A stretch of DNA of 64,000 nt, from NCBI RefSeq assembly GCF_037042905.1, contig NC_087251.1:5148001-5212000 (forward strand), given 5' to 3'. The DNA is from Lytechinus pictus (Eukaryota). Below, piece after piece: positions 39,500 to 50,477 of this stretch. Each line of letters starts with the position of its first letter. Positions within the stretch are counted from its first letter, which is position 1. The translations under genes and the position numbers were made by a program. The notes beneath the pieces are model-generated. The model was not told the DNA's origin and made no database searches. It saw nothing but the letters and a program-made list of their open reading frames with translations.

Positions 39500-40690
39500 C
39501 GAGAAATTTAAATGTTGAAGATAAAAAGAGAATAATATGGTTTGGATGATTCATAGCTGGGTACATTCAGAAAAGGCAAATCATGTGCTACTCAACTTCT
39601 GGAAGTTATTGAGGAATGGACAAAGGATTTGGATAAAGGAAAATCAATTGACTGTATCTATTCGGACTACAAAAAAGCATTTGATAGCGTCTCCCATCGA
39701 AGACTTCTGCTTAGCTTCATTCATATGGAATTAGGGGTAGTGTCTTGAACTGGATCAGATCCTTCTTAAAGAACAGAAAGGAACGGGTGGTTGTTAATGG
39801 AGTCTTCTCAAATTCTGTTAGAGTCGGTAGTGGAATTCCCCAAGGGAGTGTTATCGGTCCGGAGCTGTTTCTGATTTTCATAAATGATTTACCAGATGTC
39901 CTAGCTTCTCAAGCAAGTGTTATTAAGTTATTTGCTGATGATACAAAATTATTTGCTGAAGTTAACAACAATCAAGACTGGGAAACCCTTCAAGCTGATT
40001 TACTGAGGATTCAAAGTTGGGCAATCTTGTGGCAAATTCCCTTCAATACAGGAAAGTGTAAAGTCCTTCACAATGGCAGAATGAACCTGCACTATGACTA
40101 TAAGTTAAGTTTGGATGGATGTACCATCGAAGTGAGCCACAGTGAAAAGGACTTGGGAGTCATTTTCGACGATCAGCTAAGTTTTTCTCAGCACATATTT
40201 CAGATAGCAAAGGCAGGAAATAAGAAGATGGGGATCATCAAGAGATCTTTCTCATTCCTTGAACCTAAGAACTTCAATCTACTTTATAAGTCCATATAGT
40301 TCGACCTGCTTTGGGTTATTGTTCACAGATTTGGCATCCATACTTAAGGAAGAATCAGGCAAAACTCGAGAGAGATCAAAGAAGAGCTACAAAAGCAGTT
40401 CCGAGTTTACAGGTCAAGAGTTACCCGGAAAGGTTGGCTGAATTAAAGTTACCTTCATTGTCCTACCGACGTCACAGAGCAGATCTTATCCAAGTGTTCC
40501 GAATAGTTCAAGGGATCGAAGATCTTGAGACTTCAAAATTCTTCAAATTCAATGAAGATTCCAGAACTAGAGGACATATATATATATAAGATAGAGAAAC
40601 CCAGAGCAAATACTCGGAAAAGACAAAATTCTTTCTCACATCGAGTAGTATCTGAGTGGAATAACTTCCCAAATCAAGTAGTGATCGATC
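39500..40690 (+). pseudogene. CR1-clade LINE RT fragment, 5'-truncated and frameshifted
   Basis: GKSCATQLL, DYKKAFD, GIPQGSVIGP.LFLIFINDLP, KLFADDTK, EKDLGV, RTRGH, FSHRVVSEWN spread over several frames. Confidence 0.92.
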
Positions 40691-40919
40691 AAAGAGCACG
40701 GAGAGGGGCAAACAAGTTTTATAGGTAAAAGTTTACGCCCAAAACAAGGTATGTTACAAGGTATGTTATAACATATTTTTGTTAGTTTGCTACAGTAGGT
40801 ATAGCATTGATGATATAATAGAATGGACAAAACTAGTCTTCAGGCACAGTACCTGATTAAAACTGTGATCATAAAGTGGGTCTTCACCTACGATTGTACA
40901 TATTTTTTTTCAATTTCAG

Positions 40920-41150
40920 GGTCCTCCTATACTCAATTAGTCATTGGCAGAGGCTTTTGGCTGCATATTCAGATCACTTTCCTCGAGTGAATATGGAATG
41001 GTTAACAAATGGATCTGTCTTGTCAAATAATACCTAATCACCCATGCATGTCCAAATTCCAAGGTTGTATCTGAGTGGAGGCTGTAGCCCAAAGATGTCA
41101 AAGCTGTGAATTCGACAGGTTTCTGTTGAAACTTATTAATAAGTGTCAGA
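40920..41150 (+). pseudogene. Possible degraded C-terminal exon of the host element's transposase (W..P..EYGW..CxC..GC...RC..C)
   Basis: Acceptor TTTTTTCAATTTCAG at 40919, then HWQRLL, EYG-W and CI(C)SGGCS..RCQSC, readable only with several frameshifts. Confidence 0.35.
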
Positions 41151-41255
41151 AGTTTAATCACAGGGAACTTATGATGTCACTTTCAATCTGATAACTGTCA
41201 AGAAATCAGAGGGATGAAAGCATGGAAACTTGGGATCTTAAGCCTTAATATGGTT

Positions 41256-41414
41256 GTTATTTACCTGATTGCTAAGAGAGCAACAAGAGGACCGACAGAT
41301 TAATGTCCTCTCCAAGACCTGGTAATGAGGATGCGCCTTACAAAAGAGCACTAACGCACAAAATGGGAATCAAATCCAGGTCACCGGAATCCGAAACCCC
41401 CTCTCCACCGACTG
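41256..41414 (-). mobile_element. tRNA-derived SINE relic
   Basis: Minus strand CAGTCGGTGGAG (A-box-like) ... GGATTTGATTCC (B-box-like), followed by a non-tRNA body. Confidence 0.55.
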
Positions 41415-42476
41415 TCGGTGGAGAGGAATGATTCCTGATTGGGCCAATAAAAGGACAAGGAAACCATTAAGGATAGAACGGCTTCCTAAATTGGGAGATG
41501 TTTTCTATGTCTTAGCGTCATTATGTAATATGTCATGACGTTTGCACACATCTGCTGAATAGAGACAACCACTGCTGGGTACACAGCCCTTGGTGCTTAT
41601 TGACCCCAAGTCTTGAATAGAGCATGCAGAGCCATCACTGGCTGTTAGCGACTAACGGAAGTAAGTAATCTTTACCTACTCTGTATTATTGCCCCACCAT
41701 ATGTAAGAAGAGAAGTCATCAGCACAGATGAAAGAAAAAAAAAACAATCAAGTAGATAGTTTTCTACTCGTCAGCCATGAACCTCTCCAAGATACTCAAA
41801 TCCAGACACAGTTTTCTCCACTCAACAGAATCCCTTGATGACTCTGCACGCATGAAAGCGTTACCCTCTGGTCGAACAATCTCCAGTCTGTGATGCACAA
41901 TCTCACCTATGGACTTAGTACATCACTTTCCAGGTCTACCTGATCTTGTTTGAATAGCCTATGGGTCTACAATAGGAGTGGAGAAACTACCTGCAACTGT
42001 TAGGATGATCATAGGATACAACACTTTGCCTTTGCCACGTTTCACAGGAAAGCTACATGTAGATATTGTACCATTAACAGGACATGACATCTTTAATTAC
42101 CTAAAAAGAAATTTAATTATCTGACTGGTAGAAGACACCTATTTATGGTAATCTGACATTTCGGAAAAAAATGATTATTTGCTCATGTGTTGTTGGATGG
42201 GGGAGGAGGCAGGGACTTAAGTGGTACCTAATGGGGTTGTCGGTTAGGCTAAAACTTTGCTGAAAACGGTGCCTATATTCTGATTGTTGGTGTTTTAAGG
42301 TGAAAATTACAATTTGCCAGTGGAATAGCAAACATATTCGATGATTACAATCTTACCCCATATCTATATACCCCCCTTAAAAGCCACTTTTTAGAGAGAC
42401 ACTCCTGCACACCTAGGCTCCAATTTGATCATATGATACTGAATGATTTTAAAGGGCAATATTTGCACTGTGCACA

Positions 42477-45200
42477 TCTTCTTGGGTCACTACACAAGTC
42501 CTGTGTAGTAGAGGGTACAAGCAAGATCTGGCTTTTGGGTTGAACGACTCAAGAACTTTGGCAGGGCACAGCTCTGGTAGGACGGGGGGAGGGAGACCAA
42601 AAGGTGCACTGTCTGATCCTCCTTTCAGTCGTATATAGTGTCTGCATCCCCGCTGTAGCCCCGAACTGCATATTGAGGACTTTGCACCTTTTTGCTCCAG
42701 ACAAAGATGGCCATTTGTCCCTTGAACCTGGGGGTGTGATTCGCTAGGTCACATGGAAAGCTTTTGCGTCACAGACTGGAGGTGGTTTGACCATAGGGGG
42801 ATCCTTTGACTGTGTGCATAGCCATCAAGGGATTCAGGCAAGTGAATGAAACTGTCTTGATTCGAGTCTCTTTTTGGCAGGTTCATAGTTAATGAGTGGA
42901 AGAAGAAGGACATCTTTTTGGCTTGTTTGCCCACCCGTGCTGATACCTCTATGTGTGGGGAACTGTGCCACACAATAGGTAAAGATCATCAACTCTTTTT
43001 AGTAGCAGGCAACCGAAAATTGCGCTGCAAGCAGCATTTAGGACTGGGTTAAACTTGTAGCATACAGCAGAGCTGTTGAACGGATGGTTTGGCATCTGCT
43101 CCCCATATTGTGTTAGCAAGCCTCTTATTGATGTTCTTCCTTTCTCCATCTTTTGCCTTTGTCTTGGCAACATGGTCTTTGTACGCAAGAGTGACGTCAA
43201 GGTAGGCAGGATTGCTGGTGTGTTTCATTCACTTTCAACACCATCTGACCATCAGTTTCCGGTCAGATATGTCAGAGCATCACTGAATGTTTTTTCCACC
43301 TCTTCAAATGACTGCTTCTGTAAGGCAATGCACAGTTCATCAGCATAGGTAGCTCTTGGTGTTTGGGTGGATTAGTTGGTAGTTTGTGTAGATGTTAAAG
43401 AGGAGTTGGGCTAGGACACTTCTTTGGGGAGACCATTTTTCTGCCTCCACCATTTGCTGCTGGAACCATTGAGATTCACAAACAACCGGTTTGAGGGCAT
43501 GTTCTGAATTAGCTTTGTCAACTTGACGTCCTTTGTCATCACAATGACTTTCCTCGTAAATAGGCCTTCCCTATGATTAACTGTTTCATAAGCTGCAGAG
43601 AAGTCAACAAAGGCTGCTCCAGTTTTCAGACCTTCCTCAAACCACCTGATGTACTGAGTCAAATTCAGTACTTGATAAGTAAAGGACTTTCCTGGCCTGA
43701 ATCTTGCCTACTGGAATGAGGAACTTGGTCACAAAGGGAGCAATGCAGTTAAGCAGGAGCCTTTCAAAGGGCGTATATGTGTGATAAAGTAGAGAGATTG
43801 TTCTGTAACTCTTTTGGCTGATTGGGTCTTTGCCTGGCTCGAGTTAGGCAACAACCCTCAATTTACCCTTGCCATTGTTTTTTCCCATGCAAACAGTGGT
43901 TTAACATGTCAGCATCCCTTGGGCTGCAATAGGTCCAAGAAGTGTGATCTGCTCACAGAGGATATCATATCTAAACCAGGTGCCTTGTTGCTCTTCATTA
44001 TTTTCTTTGATAGCATAGCACAAGCAGACAAGACGTTCATGCTGAATGGTCTTGTGTACTCAAATGACTCTTAGTTGGGAGGCTATCTCTGAAGTTTTAG
44101 GGAGGTTGGCCCTTCGGTTATATAGGGTTACCTTGACTGTAAACAAGAATATAGTGGGCCACTTGGTCGGTGGTCACTATGGGTATAGTTTGAGGCTCGC
44201 ATAGTTGTTTTTAAGGATCCGAATTGCTTTCCCCGGCTTCTGCTGTTGTGAGTCATATCCATTGATTTATTAAATTACTGTCACTTTCTTTTTTACAATC
44301 CAGAATGGCAGTTGTCAATTTTCCCCGTATTCAAGTGTATCGGCACCAAATGGGTAATTCTCAAAGCTCCTGAAATATTTATTGTACAGCAGCTTCGTCA
44401 TCCGTCAAGCCCGGATAATAGTTTGTACGGCATACTTGTGGAACATTCTTCTGTTGTGATTTCAGCTTTCTACATGTATCATAATGAGTAGGGAGTGCTG
44501 GGAGATCCTTTGGATAGGTATCCGAATCTATGACAAACTTCTCCCAGATTGCTTTCTTGAGGGTGAAACGTCTGTGAAAGAGAACTGTGCGCAGAGTGAT
44601 GGCTGCATTTACCTTCAGCCCAATAGGTTGATGTTGAGTGTGCAGGAGAGGGTCAAGCACAACCTTCTCACATTTTTGGGAATGATGCAATCTGATTTGC
44701 ATCTGACCAGTTTTCCACAAGTTCTCAATCTCGTTGGTTTCTCCATATCCCCAGATAATGCTGTGACTGTTGAAATCCCCAATGATTACATTTCCTTGAT
44801 CGGAGAGGGCTTCTCGAGGAAGGGAGAAAGATTGGTTAGGAGGTTCACAGAAAGAACTTAAAGAAATACTCATTAGTTTTATAATGGTTAAGACTTTGCC
44901 CTTTAGCTTGATGAGACAATAATAGGGCCTATACTCCATGTACTCCTACTTAATTCTGCTTAAACAGATATCTGACCTGCTAATTAACTGCTGGAATCAG
45001 TAATGCCCATATAGAATGTAAAGGGACTAACCGGTTCAAGAGAGCAACAAGCTCTGATTCGAGTAATTTTGTTGTCTACTTGATATATGTACGACATACT
45101 GAGGATCTCTTGATCTGTGTTTAAATCACGGCAGGTGATCATTGAAAAGCCTTTTCTCATCTAGTTGTCCAGATAAACCAGCAATCCTGCTTGAAGGTCT
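42477..45200 (-). pseudogene. Degraded near-full-length Ingi/Vingi-like LINE (endonuclease, RT and C-terminal region)
   Basis: IIGDFNSHS..WGY (APE domain), GAAFVDFSAAYETVNHR, WRQKNGLP, LFNIYTN, YADE; GAA-type tail at ~42477; many stops and frameshifts; 5' limit approximate. Confidence 0.85.
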
Positions 45201-46881
45201 ACAAGTAGACTATTGTGTTAACTGCCCCATTGCCCATGCATTGGTATAATTAAAATGAAAAAAAAAACCCTTGCAACAACACAGGAAAATTGCCAAAATC
45301 GCAGACAGAACTTTTGATAGATCATTGTGATTTACACATTTTAGTAGGTAACCCATGCAGTAATTAGCTTTTGAGTTCACAATCACTACAGTTTTAGGAA
45401 TCATATTTGCCATACTGATAAATAATTTCGTTTCCCATGTTTGCGGACACTTTATAAGACTTATTGGTTGGTCTTAGATACGTATTACCCTTCCTAAAAT
45501 GTTATATAATAAAATGTTCCAAATAAAAGACTAAAATGATATTGTTCATAATACATATTTCCTCTCCCATTTCCGTACGCAGTGAAAAGTCACATTTTTA
45601 AACTGAAAATTTTCACAAAATTCACCAAACCAAAAGTATGTATGATATCCTACAATTTACTATGAAGTGCCCCTTGCCAAACTCAGTCCCTTCGCTCCCT
45701 CGCTTTGTTTCTTGGATATTTTTTAGACGTGTTGCCACCCCAAGGAAAAATGTTCTGCATACAACCAGCCCTCTCTCAATATGCCGACTGCCTGGCCAGA
45801 TGACTGAAATTAATTGCCATCACCTCGATAAATAGTATGAGATGCACTTTGAGGGCAAAAAAGGGAATTTTTTTGAGATTACAGGCTTTAGATATCGCCA
45901 AAAAGTGATGGTTGCTAGGGAAAATGCTGTTGCTAGGCAATACAATGGTTTCCATAGGTAACATAAATATCTATGAATACTCAATTATTTAGATTAGAAC
46001 AGATAGCATGACACAGCAGGGTAACTAAGAATAATTTATAACAATACAATAAAATCCATTAAATAAAAATAGACCATACTGCTGCGTATAGTCGTAAATA
46101 CACACAAACAGTGATATCCGTCACATGCAGGGGTTAATCAAACATGGCAATAATGTAATTTTTCGTGATTATAAATGCATTGTACATCCTAGTCTTCCTC
46201 TTTTATTCATTTTTTCATCAAAATTCACTTTCTTCATCAGTTTTTATAAATTAAAAACTTAAAAATATGATAAAATGAATTAATCTGGTAAAACAAGAGA
46301 GAATATTGAAAAGTGAATATGGTTGCTAGGGAAAACAATGTTGCTAGGCAACAGTTTTGAAATCAAATATGTATGAAATATATATTTGGTTGCTAGGCGT
46401 TATCATATCATTCAATCTGTAGTGATTTTATCCTTGTTAAGTCTATATTTATATATAAATTAGTGTAATTGATTAACAAATACAAAAAATAAGTTACTGC
46501 TTTGCATTTATCACAAAAATGGGCGTGGCCTATTCAAGGCTGGTTTCCATGGTGAAGCTACACTCTGCGACACTTTTAATTCTCAGTTCTAAAAAATACT
46601 GAAAATTTCCTTCAAATTGATGCATGTTTTTGCTTTGATCCAGTCGGGGGGATTAAAGTCCCAAATTTTGGCCTCTCGCCGCTCGCCTATAATATTGCTT
46701 AAAAATACCAGACATTTGATGGAATTCGGTGCTTATTTTGCTTATTTCTCTGCATTACGCATTTTCTTCCACAGCTTTTTGGAGCACATTTTTTATTTAT
46801 ATTTATACAAACACTTTGGTGGCAATTTCACTGGAATCTTTATGAACTTATTTTGAGATTGTTACCACAACTGGTATTTAA

Positions 46882-47455
46882 AGGACAAGTCCACCCCAAC
46901 AAAAAGTTGATTTGAATAAAAAGACAAAAATCCTACAAGCATAACACTGAAAATTTCATCAAAATCGGATGTAAAATGAGAAAGTTTTGCTTAATTTCAC
47001 AAAACAGTTATATGCACATCCCGGTGGGTATGCAGATGAGGAGACTGATGACGTCATCCACTCACTATTTATTTTGTATTTTATTATATTAGATAGGAAA
47101 TATCCTATTTTTCTCATTGTCAAGTGAAACAATGATTACTTCCGCTCTGAACATGTGGAATGAGCATTGTTTAATACTATATGATTCAGTCAAGTTGGTC
47201 CTTATTGTCAAATCTCTAAATAATGAAATATTGTATAATTCAAACAATAAACAACAAAAGAAATAGTGAGTGAGGGACATCATCAACTGTCCCATTTGAG
47301 TTGTGCATATCACTGTTTTGTGAAAAATAAGCAAAACTTAAAAATGTCATAACTTTCTTATTTTACCTCCGATTTTGATGAAATTTTCAGCATTTTGCTT
47401 GTTTGATTTTTGTCTATTAATTCAAATCAACATTTTTGTGGGGTGGACTTGACCA
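46882..47455. mobile_element. Kolobok-like TTAA MITE, family copy 1
   Basis: TTAA|AGGACAAGTCCACCCC ... GGGGTGGACTTGACCA|TTAA; near-identical to 49826-50392. Confidence 0.92.
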
Positions 47456-48789
47456 TTAAGGTTTGTTAAGGCTCTGTTTGATAACATATAACACTGGAAA
47501 CATGATTTTCAAAGACACTGAATTCAAAATTTGTGTTTTGAAATGTGATTCTGCAGAACAACAGCAGTTATAAGTCATCTGAATGCAATTGACATCTCAA
47601 TCACTGATATTTTACTCTGGTCCTTCTAGGAATTCGACCCGTGTTGCATACTTTTAAGGTTGATCTTTACTTCCGGTGTCAAACTGACAGATCTGCGATG
47701 TTTGTTTGGTGGGCTTAGAAAGAGGGAAAACAGTTCATGTTCGTGCTCACAAATTTCAAGTGAATGTCAGGTGTTTTCGTAAAATTATTTAAAGATATCA
47801 TTAATGTATTATTGGTTGGCTTAAAGGGATCCTTTTATTTGTGAGCAGTTGATTAAAAAAAATGCTCAAACCAAGATGAATGAAACTTGTGTATGAATGC
47901 TTGTATATGTCCTCAAAAACCTTGAAACAGACCACAATATAGGATGAAAAACTCAAATTTAGATACAAGTAGCAATTTAAGCCGGTGACCGCACACAAAA
48001 CACCTCCAGTTTAAACAATGCACCTGTATGGAGTCTTTTGGAGGAATCCTACCAAGTACCAAGTAGTACCAAGTATTTATTAGCCTGATTTCGAGAACCA
48101 TCTGTAAGACGCATTCAGCTTATGCCCCAGTTTTCTCAAATTCTAAAAGTCTGTTGGCTGTGTTGACTGCCTTCTGTTATGTGTATCTCCCATGCACACA
48201 CTCATTAGCTGCACTGTACATTCAGTATACCTTGTACTAACGGTATGTAGGACATGCTGGGTTCATCCAGAGTTTATGTGTTGTAGTGTACAGATTCACT
48301 AGTCATTGAAACCAACCCCCAATTACTTTGGCTTACATATCCAACGTTTCAAAAAAGTTCCTGTTGGCTGTATGTATAATACTTTGAAACTTTTCGGATG
48401 GTATTTTCATACTATAAGTCTAACGTTTAACCCATTTTCCAGAACTAAAATGATTTTTTTTTAATAATCAGAACAAAACGAAATGATCACTTTAATTATT
48501 TGACTGGAATATTTTTATAAATTATTTTTAAAATAAGAAATATAAACTAGGTTCCAAAAGAAATTGATTAGATTTTTAAAGGGCTCTGCACAAATTCCAC
48601 TCAGTCAAATGAATAATATTTTTTATACAGGCTAACTTTAATACTAGTAATATTTACTACGCACATGTCAGTAGTTAAGTGAATGATCGAATCACAGAGA
48701 GGCTATAGCCCTTCACATCAGTTGTTTTCATAATCCAAAGTCACAAAATGGCAAAAGAAAGACCATTCATGTGGCATATCCATCACAAA

Positions 48790-49795
48790 TGTTTTCAAAG
48801 TTTACCTGCAAAGACTCTCTTTAGGATGCATAATTTGACAACTGTTGCTGCAATGACAATCACACTTGAATGCTAGGTGCACTTTGGGTACATTAACGTT
48901 TAAGTGCCTTTTGAGACCATGTAGTAAGGTCAAAGGTCATTTCAAGTCAAACAATATAGTTACCTGCAAGACTCTTTAATTACAGATATTTTTTCACCAT
49001 CACTTACTTTCCAATCAAATTTGCGTTGGAGATCCACCATGAGGACCTCTTATTATGGTGTCATCAGAGTTCACATAATGAGATCAAAGGTCATTTGAGG
49101 TCACATTGTCAAGTTTACCTACAAGACTCTCATATTACACATTACTCTGCACTTTTTGCTGCTATGGCAATCAAATTTTCGTGATAGATGTGTTTGGGGT
49201 TTCAAGTGAGGAATGGCCAACCTGGCTATGTCTTAATCGCCTACGGTCTGGAACACAACGGTGCAAAGTTCTTATGCAGAAATGGGGCTACAACGTAGAT
49301 GGGGAGACTGCTTGCAAGTGTGGGGAGGATCAGACGATGCAACACCTTCTGGTCTGCCCCCCTCCTACCAGAGCCGTGCACTGCCGAAGATCTGATGTCC
49401 TTTAACCCCAAAGCCAGATCTTGTACCCTCCACTTGAAAGCTCTTATGTAGTGACCTGAGGAGAAGAAGAAGAAGACGGTGCCTTCAAAGGTCACATTGG
49501 AAGGTTAAAGGTCATTTCAGGTTATATGTTAAAAGTTATCTGCAAGAGTCTTGTAAGACAAATAATTTCGCAAAGGGGAATGATCAGGTGAAAGGGACTA
49601 GCATATTATGAAACTTCAATCATTTAAAAATATATCTTTTAGGTTTTATTGATACATTCTATGGCAGATATGACATAATGAGCTATCGATACAATCCTTT
49701 AGCGATCATACTACTTCAGTGACTTCATAGAATCATAATTCAAAGTTATTTCCACATGTGGGCGAAACAAATGATATCACTAATGCCTTGGGTTT
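48790..49795 (+). mobile_element. Degraded HINE-like element related to 29533-30686, interrupted by a LINE 3' fragment
   Basis: AGGTCAAAGGTCATTT..AGTTTACCTGCAAGACTCT units and 3' GTGGGCGAAAC. Confidence 0.65.
49196..49476 (+). pseudogene. 3' end of an Ingi/Vingi-like LINE, same family as 42477-45200
   Basis: WLCLNRLRSG..KWGY..CKCGEDQTMQHLLVCP (Cys/His knuckle), (GAA)n tail; aligns with the reverse complement of 42477-42720. Confidence 0.85.
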
Positions 49796-49825
49796 GTTTT
49801 GTAAGAAAATTTAGTACATTTTTAA

Positions 49826-50392
49826 AGGACAAGCCCACGCCAACAAAAAGTTGATTTGACTAAAAAGAGAAAAATCCAACAAGCATAACACTGAAAATTT
49901 CATCAAAATCAGATGTCAAATAAGAAAGCTATGACATTTTAAAGTTATATGCACATCTTGGTGTGTATGCAAATGAGGAGACTGATGACGTCATCCACTC
50001 ACTTTTTCTTTTTTTTTTATTATATGAAATAGGGAATATTCTATTTTCTCCTCATTGTCAAGTGAAACAACGTTTAATTCATCCCTGAACATGTGGAATG
50101 AGCATTGTTTAATACTATATGATTCGATCAAGTTTGTCCCTACTGTCAAATCTCTAAATAATGAAATATTGTATAATTCAAACAATAATAAACAAAAGAT
50201 ATAGTGAGTGAGGGACATCATCGACTGTCTCATTTGAGTTGTGCATATCACTGTTTTGTGAAAAATGAGCAAACTTTGAAGTGTCATAACTTCTTTTATT
50301 TTACATCCTATTTTGATGAAATTTTCAGTGTTTTGCTTGTTTGATTTTTCTCTATTTATTCAAATCAACATTTTATGGGGTGGACTTGACCT
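49826..50392. mobile_element. Kolobok-like TTAA MITE, family copy 2
   Basis: TTAA|AGGACAAGCCCAC ... GTGGACTTGACCT|TTAA. Confidence 0.92.
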
Positions 50393-50477
50393 TTAACAAC
50401 CGCAGTAGCTAAACATAGTTATGAAAACAAGAAATCAACTTTACTTATTGTATCAGCTACCCAAATTTAGACTATAT

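Larger units (their letters stand above)
37494..46689. mobile_element. Large TIR DNA transposon relic, Academ-like, with nested insertions
   Basis: ~180-bp imperfect TIRs (37494-37677 / 46515-46689), TAGG...CCTA termini, 3-bp TSD TAA (37491-37493, 46690-46692), inverted subterminal motif arrays; the element itself is well supported, the superfamily call is inference. Confidence 0.8.
37287..46877. mobile_element. Kolobok-like TTAA MITE split into 37287-37493 and 46690-46877 by a large insertion
   Basis: TTAA|AGGTAAAAGACAGTTGTTGCAGCAA matches inverted TTGTTACCACAACTGGTATTTA near 46860-46880 (terminal CCT missing). Confidence 0.65.

Noticed and set aside
41930..41990. VVSPLL...DQVDL resemblance to a RecQ helicase motif, which would imply a helicase-type Academ
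   Set aside because: Needs a stop and frameshift, no other helicase motifs nearby, and the 3-bp TSD does not fit helicase-type Academ elements (9-10 bp as I recall)
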